Part shown: positions 58,927 to 64,000 of the stretch, piece after piece
Layout of the letters: every line of letters begins with the position of its first letter
Numbering within the stretch: position 1 is the stretch's first letter
Origin: Caecitellus pseudoparvulus
Lineage: Eukaryota > Protista > Bigyra: Bicosoecida
Direction: 5' to 3'
NCBI GenBank assembly: GCA_965644315.1
Contig: CBFFRQ010000076.1
Coordinates: 116,319-180,318, forward strand
DNA length: 64,000 bases
The notes under the pieces: model-generated
Told to the model about the DNA's origin: nothing
Database searches by the model: none
The model's input: only the letters and a program-made list of their open reading frames with translations
Translations under genes and position numbers: made by a program

Positions 58927-60522
58927 ATGGCGGCACCTGATGTCAAGTCCACGCTGATGCTGAGCCGCATCAAGCATGCGCGCACGGTGACCAGTGCCCT
59001 GTCAAGCGGCATGGCAGCGCATGTGTCAGGGAATCGCTCCATCGCATCGAACTACAAGACTTTCGTGGAGAAGATGAAAGAAGCCGCCGGGAACGAATCC
59101 TGTGCTGACCTGCAGACGGCCATGTACGTGCTGAGCACGGCTACAGACAACGTGGAGAAGGTCCGCGGGGAGGTGCTGGTGAGTGGTGCTGCTTGCCGCT
59201 CAGGGGGCTCTATGCAACACGCCACCCCCTTTCTCCATGTGCCCAGTGTGGTAGGCATGAAGATCTCATACTCAAGGTGCTCAAGGAGTACCCGCAGCGC
59301 AGCTACAGGCCTGCCGAGGTGCGTCTGGCGTTACGCCTCCGCCCTACGAAACGCAACGGCACTCGACGGCGCACACTCTCCCCTCGCACAGCGCATGGTG
59401 GCAGACCGCGACGCGACCCTGGCAGCGCATGCCGCAGCAGAGAAGAAAAAGGCTGACATGGTGTCCCAGGGCAAGGCAGGCGGGCCTGACTTTGAGAAGG
59501 CCAGTCGGGACGTCATTTCACACCTTCAGAGGGTGGAAAACGTGGACTTCATGGTAAGCCCTACCCCGCGCCACTGCACTCCAGTGTATTCAGCCCCCAC
59601 GCATGCTTGCGTTCCCCTGTGCCCCAGTTTCAAGAGAACTCGCAGCTCTTTGAGCTGCAGCGCCTGCGTGACATGAAACGCATGCTGTCCGAGTACGTCG
59701 CCGCCCAGCTGACGTTCCACGCAAAGGCCATGGAGAACTTGTCAGCAGCAGCGCAAGCCTTGGGCAGCTTTGATCCCGATGCTGGCATGGACGTGAGTGC
59801 CGCTGCGCTGCCTGTGGCGTGCCCACCCACCCTGCATGCGGCGTCCCACCCTCTCGCTACAGGTTCTAGGCGGCGCACTGGCCGCCAACCGCGCACCACA
59901 CTCGCCAGAGGAGGAAGCTCCTTCCTCCACAGACCATGCCCGCAGTATCATGGACTCCATTCCCCGTACAGGGCTGCTGCCAGCCCACGTGACCCGGCGA
60001 GGCTTCGAAGCGGGCGGCGTGGCGCCATCTCGCGGTGTCACTTTTGAGGACGCAGAAGGGCAGGATGAAGAGGGCCCACCTCCCACGCTGGGGTCAGAAG
60101 GGGCAGGGGGCTTCTCAGGCGGCTCCCAGGACCACCCTGCTGACTCGGCGCGATCAGGCGGCTCAGGAGCTTTCTTGCCTCCGGACGACTCGCCAGGCGC
60201 CGCACCAGCCCCCCCTCGGGCCCGAACACAGGGGGGCCCTGCCCAAGTACCTCCCCCAGCCGCTGTTCCTGCCCCTGCTCCCAGTTCTGGGGGTGGGGCC
60301 ACTGCAGGCCAAGAGAAGAAGCCGGGATTCTTCAAGAAGTGGTTCGGTGGAGGTGGGTCAGCAGGCACGTCAGGCACTGCCGAGGCCAGTACAGCCCGCC
60401 CTGCCGGCGAGTCCAGTGCAACAGCAGCAGCGTCTGGCGGGTCAGCGCCCTCTGCGGGCGCGCCGAGTCCTGCCCCAGCGCCTGCCGAGGCTTCCGCCGG
60501 CACGGGCATTGACAGCGACTGA
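58927..60522 (+). CDS. FAM92/CIBAR-like BAR-domain ciliary protein
   Basis: Helical BAR-like body; FELQRLRDMKRMLSEYVAAQLTFHAKAMENLSAAAQAL resembles the FAM92 C-terminal helix; four introns; low-complexity tail. Confidence 0.75.
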
Positions 60523-61040
60523 AGCCCAACTCCTCTGCGAATGAAGTGACGCAATGCAGCGCAATCGAACAATGAGTACTGTGTATTTTCACTTGCAGTG
60601 GCCGACCGTGCCGGCCGCGGCAGCTATGTCCGAATGGGGCGCGCCGGTCCTGCCAAAGACGGCTTCTGCCCGCGCGCCACGGCAACCACAAGTGCGCCCA
60701 GTGGAAGAGCTAGCCAGATGCTGCAGTTCCCAGGCCCCAGATCACGCTCACAGTCTGGACTTAGGAAGCAGCCACCGACTTCCACGACAGCCCAGCTTGT
60801 CAAGTACCTCCCAGCCCGCTGTTGACGTGGCTCCCAGGCTTGCACCCATTTCCCGAGCGTTTCCACTCTTTCTCCCCCCTTCTCAAACACTGGGCGGCGG
60901 CTTGGGCCCCCCATAAGCAGAGGCCTCCAGTGAAAACCCATACATGCACCACAACACTCTGATTCACAGTCTCAGACACGTTGATGGTCAAGGCTTGCCG
61001 GCGTCCCTGTCAGTATTTATGAGGAAAGCACTTGCGGCAG

Positions 61041-63182
61041 ATGATGACAAAACTGCTCAAACCTGCAAGCTTCGCTGGCTGCTGGGCCGCGTGCCTTGCA
61101 TGCAGCCTGCTTGTGCTGTTCAGCAGCTATGTCCAGCTGTCAGTGCTGCCTTTGCCTTCGACAGATAGCAGGCGCTCGCTGAGGGTGCGTTGGAGCTCGT
61201 CGAGCGGAAGTTGGCGAGACTGGTTGTCATCACGCGAACAGATGCACTTGAAGCCGACACGGGAGCTTGTCACGCCTCTTTGGGCCGTGTCCGATGCTCG
61301 TGCAGCAGACCATGTCAGCAGCCAAGCCTTCGATGCTCTGCGGTCAGAGCTGCCCACATTCGTGCTGTGCCCCACGGGCGTCGTGCAGAGCCTGGCACCG
61401 GCGACAAAGAGCCGGGAGGGGCTCGCATGGGGTGAAGCCATGGGACTGAATGATTCGCCTCAGCTGAAAGCACTCCGTGTGCTGGAGTGGGCTGCTGCAG
61501 AAGCCCGTGCAGGCACGTTTGCGCGCACACGGTGGCTTGCCCTGCTGGACGAGGGCATGCTGGTGCACATTCCCCGCCTGCAGCAGCAGCTGCGGTCACT
61601 GGCAGACGTGGAGAACAGCACATTCATCGGGCACCGCGAGCCAGAGGGGCACTGCTCAGGGCAGCTGCCTGTCCTCGTGAGCATCAGCAGCCTGAAGGCA
61701 GTGTACCTGCCTGCCGTGCCGCCGCCCAGCCGAGGACTGGGCAGGGCCTGGGCAGAGCACCTGCAGGACTTGCTGTGGAGTCACACAGGCCACGAGGAAG
61801 GGCGACGTCAGTGCAATGACGGCCTGGCGCCCAGCAGCGTGCAGGCGCTGGAGCGTGCGTTCCAGAGGCCCAGCGGTGAGGAAGGGGCGGCGCTCGCGGC
61901 AGATGCCCTGCTGGAAGTGACCAGTCCACTGCTGTCTGCATCTGCGGTGGGGCACCTCTCCAAGGTGGATGCGATGCGGCTGGCGTCGCGCTGGTCGTTG
62001 TTCAGTGCCATTCAGAGTGTGGCTCCTCATGTGCTGCAGGGGGTGCAGCCGGAGTGGCTGACACCGTTGAAGGCACCCGTGCAGCAGGCAGCCGGGGAGG
62101 TGTGGCTGTCTGCCGTGGACGGGAACAACCTGCTACAACAGCCAGTTACTGTCACGACGAAAGGCCTGCCGACAAGCGCATTCCTCACCGGCGTGCGCAG
62201 CCACTTGAGCAAGCTGTACCCCAACCTTTCTCTGAAGTCGGTCGCCCTGCTCTGGTGTCGAGACTGCATCACAGCCACCGTCCTCGCATCGCTGCCCGCC
62301 CCCTACAGCAGTGTGCTGCAGCTCCAGCTGCCCTTGCCGTGGAGGCCAGACTTCATCGCCCTGCAGACAGCTCCAACATCGTCCGTCAGCTTCCACATTG
62401 CCGTGCCCTTTGCATGCAAGTACGACACCTTGCGCAGCATGCTGTCCAGCACGGGTGCCGCCTTGGCCTCAGCGGGGGTGGTGGCCACTGTGCACGTTGG
62501 GTGGTCTGCATGTCCGGGGCAGGAGCCAGGTGCCGAGTCAAGGCACCAGGTGGAGCTGCAGCGAGACTTCTCCACGCGGTTCATGCAGGTGCGGTTTGTG
62601 CCAGTGGCGACCCCCATGGCGCGGTCTGTGAACTGCAACGCAGCAGCTGCTGGTGCCGCTGCAGGTGCTGTGTTGGCAGTCATCGATGTGGACATGGAGG
62701 TGACAGCTGGGTTCTTCCTGCGGGCTCTGGCGCTGACACAGGAGGGGGCAACGGCCTACTTCCCAGTGGTGTGGTCGACGTACAGCGCAGACGCAGTGTC
62801 AGCAGTCGAAGAATGGTTCAAGAGAGACGAGCCGCTCTTCTCGCCGTACAGGGGAAGCTGGCGCAGCTACGGCTTTGGCATGTTCACCATGTACAAGTCC
62901 GACTTTGACCGGGTGGGGGGCTTGGACCCCGCATTCCAAGGCTGGGGCGGCGAGGACTACGCCTTCTACAAGAGTGTCAAGAAGGCCGGCATCGTCGTGC
63001 TTCGGTCAGAGGACAGAGGCATGGTGCACCGGTGGCACCCCAAGAGCTGCGAGGGCGTGGCGCCTCAGCGGTATGCGAGCTGCATCGCATCGTGGGCGGG
63101 GCAGGAAGGGTCTCCGCTGGGCGTGCTGTTGAAGCATGCGGAGCACAAGCTGAAGCCTGAGGGTGGTGTTGGTGTGTATTGA
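61041..63182 (+). CDS. Chondroitin-synthase-like glycosyltransferase (degenerate Fringe/GT31-like + GT7/CHGN domain)
   Basis: N-terminal signal anchor; VIDVDM (DxD), YFPVVWS, WRSYGFGM, YKSDFDRVGG, GWGGED, HRWHPKSC. Confidence 0.85.
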   Translation: MMTKLLKPASFAGCWAACLACSLLVLFSSYVQLSVLPLPSTDSRRSLRVRWSSSSGSWRDWLSSREQMHLKPTRELVTPLWAVSDARAADHVSSQAFDALRSELPTFVLCPTGVVQSLAPATKSREGLAWGEAMGLNDSPQLKALRVLEWAAAEARAGTFARTRWLALLDEGMLVHIPRLQQQLRSLADVENSTFIGHREPEGHCSGQLPVLVSISSLKAVYLPAVPPPSRGLGRAWAEHLQDLLWSHTGHEEGRRQCNDGLAPSSVQALERAFQRPSGEEGAALAADALLEVTSPLLSASAVGHLSKVDAMRLASRWSLFSAIQSVAPHVLQGVQPEWLTPLKAPVQQAAGEVWLSAVDGNNLLQQPVTVTTKGLPTSAFLTGVRSHLSKLYPNLSLKSVALLWCRDCITATVLASLPAPYSSVLQLQLPLPWRPDFIALQTAPTSSVSFHIAVPFACKYDTLRSMLSSTGAALASAGVVATVHVGWSACPGQEPGAESRHQVELQRDFSTRFMQVRFVPVATPMARSVNCNAAAAGAAAGAVLAVIDVDMEVTAGFFLRALALTQEGATAYFPVVWSTYSADAVSAVEEWFKRDEPLFSPYRGSWRSYGFGMFTMYKSDFDRVGGLDPAFQGWGGEDYAFYKSVKKAGIVVLRSEDRGMVHRWHPKSCEGVAPQRYASCIASWAGQEGSPLGVLLKHAEHKLKPEGGVGVY

Positions 63183-63628
63183 GGAGGGAGTGAGCTGGAG
63201 GGTGTCAGGCGTGTGGCTGTGTACTGCATCGATGGCCATGCATGCGAGCTGCTGCTCATGGTCTGTTTCAGGTCTTGTGAGCAGCAATCTGCCGATGGAG
63301 CTGGTGGGCGTAGTGCGTGCTGTCGATGTACCGACAAGATAGGCAAGAAACGGCACTCGACATGCACTGCAGCGCAGGATCTCCGATTGGTTCCTTCTCG
63401 CTGCTCACGTGGCCCGGAGGCTTGCCCGCACGGTCCGAACGCTTTTCTACCCCCACCCCACACCACCAAGTGGCGGCTCGCCCCCCCCCCCTCCCACAAG
63501 CACAGCCCTCAAGTGAAAACCCATATCTGTACCACAATTCTCAGAGCTGCCGTTATGGGCATGTCTGTGGCCAAGCCTTACCTTCGTCCCTGGCGGGGAT
63601 TCTGTGGAGGGCAAGTGAAACCTGAGCC

Positions 63629-64000
63629 ATGGGAGTATCCTGTAAGACTGCCAGCATTGCCGGCTGCTGGGCCGCGTGCCTTGTATGCAGCCTCCTCATG
63701 TTGTTCAGCAGCTATGTCCAGCTGTCAGTGCTGCCTTTGCCTTCGACAGATAGCAGGCGTTCACTGAGGGTGCAGTTGAATGACTCGATCGGAGCTGGAA
63801 GTCTGGCGCAGAGCTGGTTAGTCATCACGCCAGCAACAGATGCACATTGAAGCCTGGCACGGGAGCTTGTCACGCCTCTTTGGGCCGTGTCCGATGCTCG
63901 TGCAGCAGACCATGTCGGCAGCCAAGCCTTCGATGCCCTGCGGTCGGAGCTGCCCACATTCGTGCTGTGCCCCACGGGCGTCGTGCAGAGCCTGGCACCG
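63629..64000 (+). pseudogene. Tandem duplicate of the 5' part of the preceding glycosyltransferase gene (in-frame TGA; pseudogene or consensus error; runs off the right edge)
   Basis: 63660-63770 and 63858-64000 are nearly identical to about 61075-61185 and 61258-61400; 63770-63863 carries 15 extra bases and a TGA at 63848-63850. Confidence 0.65.

Noticed and set aside
63848-63850. In-frame TGA as selenocysteine or readthrough
   Set aside because: Arises within the insertion-rich segment; the paralogue has no Cys there, and TGA is the usual stop in this window.
1-64000. Prokaryotic operon, defence island or endogenous virophage/polinton
   Set aside because: Spliceosomal introns and eukaryotic housekeeping genes throughout; no AT-rich insert, integrase, capsid or terminal inverted repeats seen.

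Overview
Gene-dense, GC-rich (roughly 65%) eukaryotic nuclear DNA with short GT-AG introns (about 65-140 nt) and very small intergenic gaps. Gene content (Arp3, AOAH, FAM92/CIBAR, SAXO-like protein, Hsp33, EngA) suggests a flagellated, phagotrophic protist, possibly a bicosoecid/MAST-like stramenopile (inference only). I can support about 29 protein-coding loci: two paralogous Ser/Thr kinases (one absent from the ORF track, running off the left edge), an unknown helical protein, acyloxyacyl hydrolase, primase large subunit, SH3BGR+3xWW fusion, AMPK beta, RWDD2, PEX5, an EF-hand protein, a histidine phosphatase, a Kir channel, a SAXO/MAP6-like protein built on a 672-bp tandem repeat, Hsp33, TMEM14, an unknown putative nuclear protein, ALKBH1, TmcB-like protein, GH63-like glucosidase, EngA/Der, thioredoxin-UBX-like protein, Arp3, glutamine synthetase, DRG2, HSF, a CLC channel, FAM92, and a chondroitin-synthase-like GT plus a tandem duplicate. 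No rRNA, tRNA, CRISPR or transposon was recognised. The most notable unexplained patterns are (1) the hexamer AATGCA within about 60 nt after 11 of 27 stop codons, including a palindromic copy shared by two convergent genes, a candidate non-canonical polyadenylation signal; (2) near-abutting or overlapping convergent genes; (3) a 224-aa repeat with six Mn-like motifs per unit. Exon boundaries were derived by eye and are approximate.
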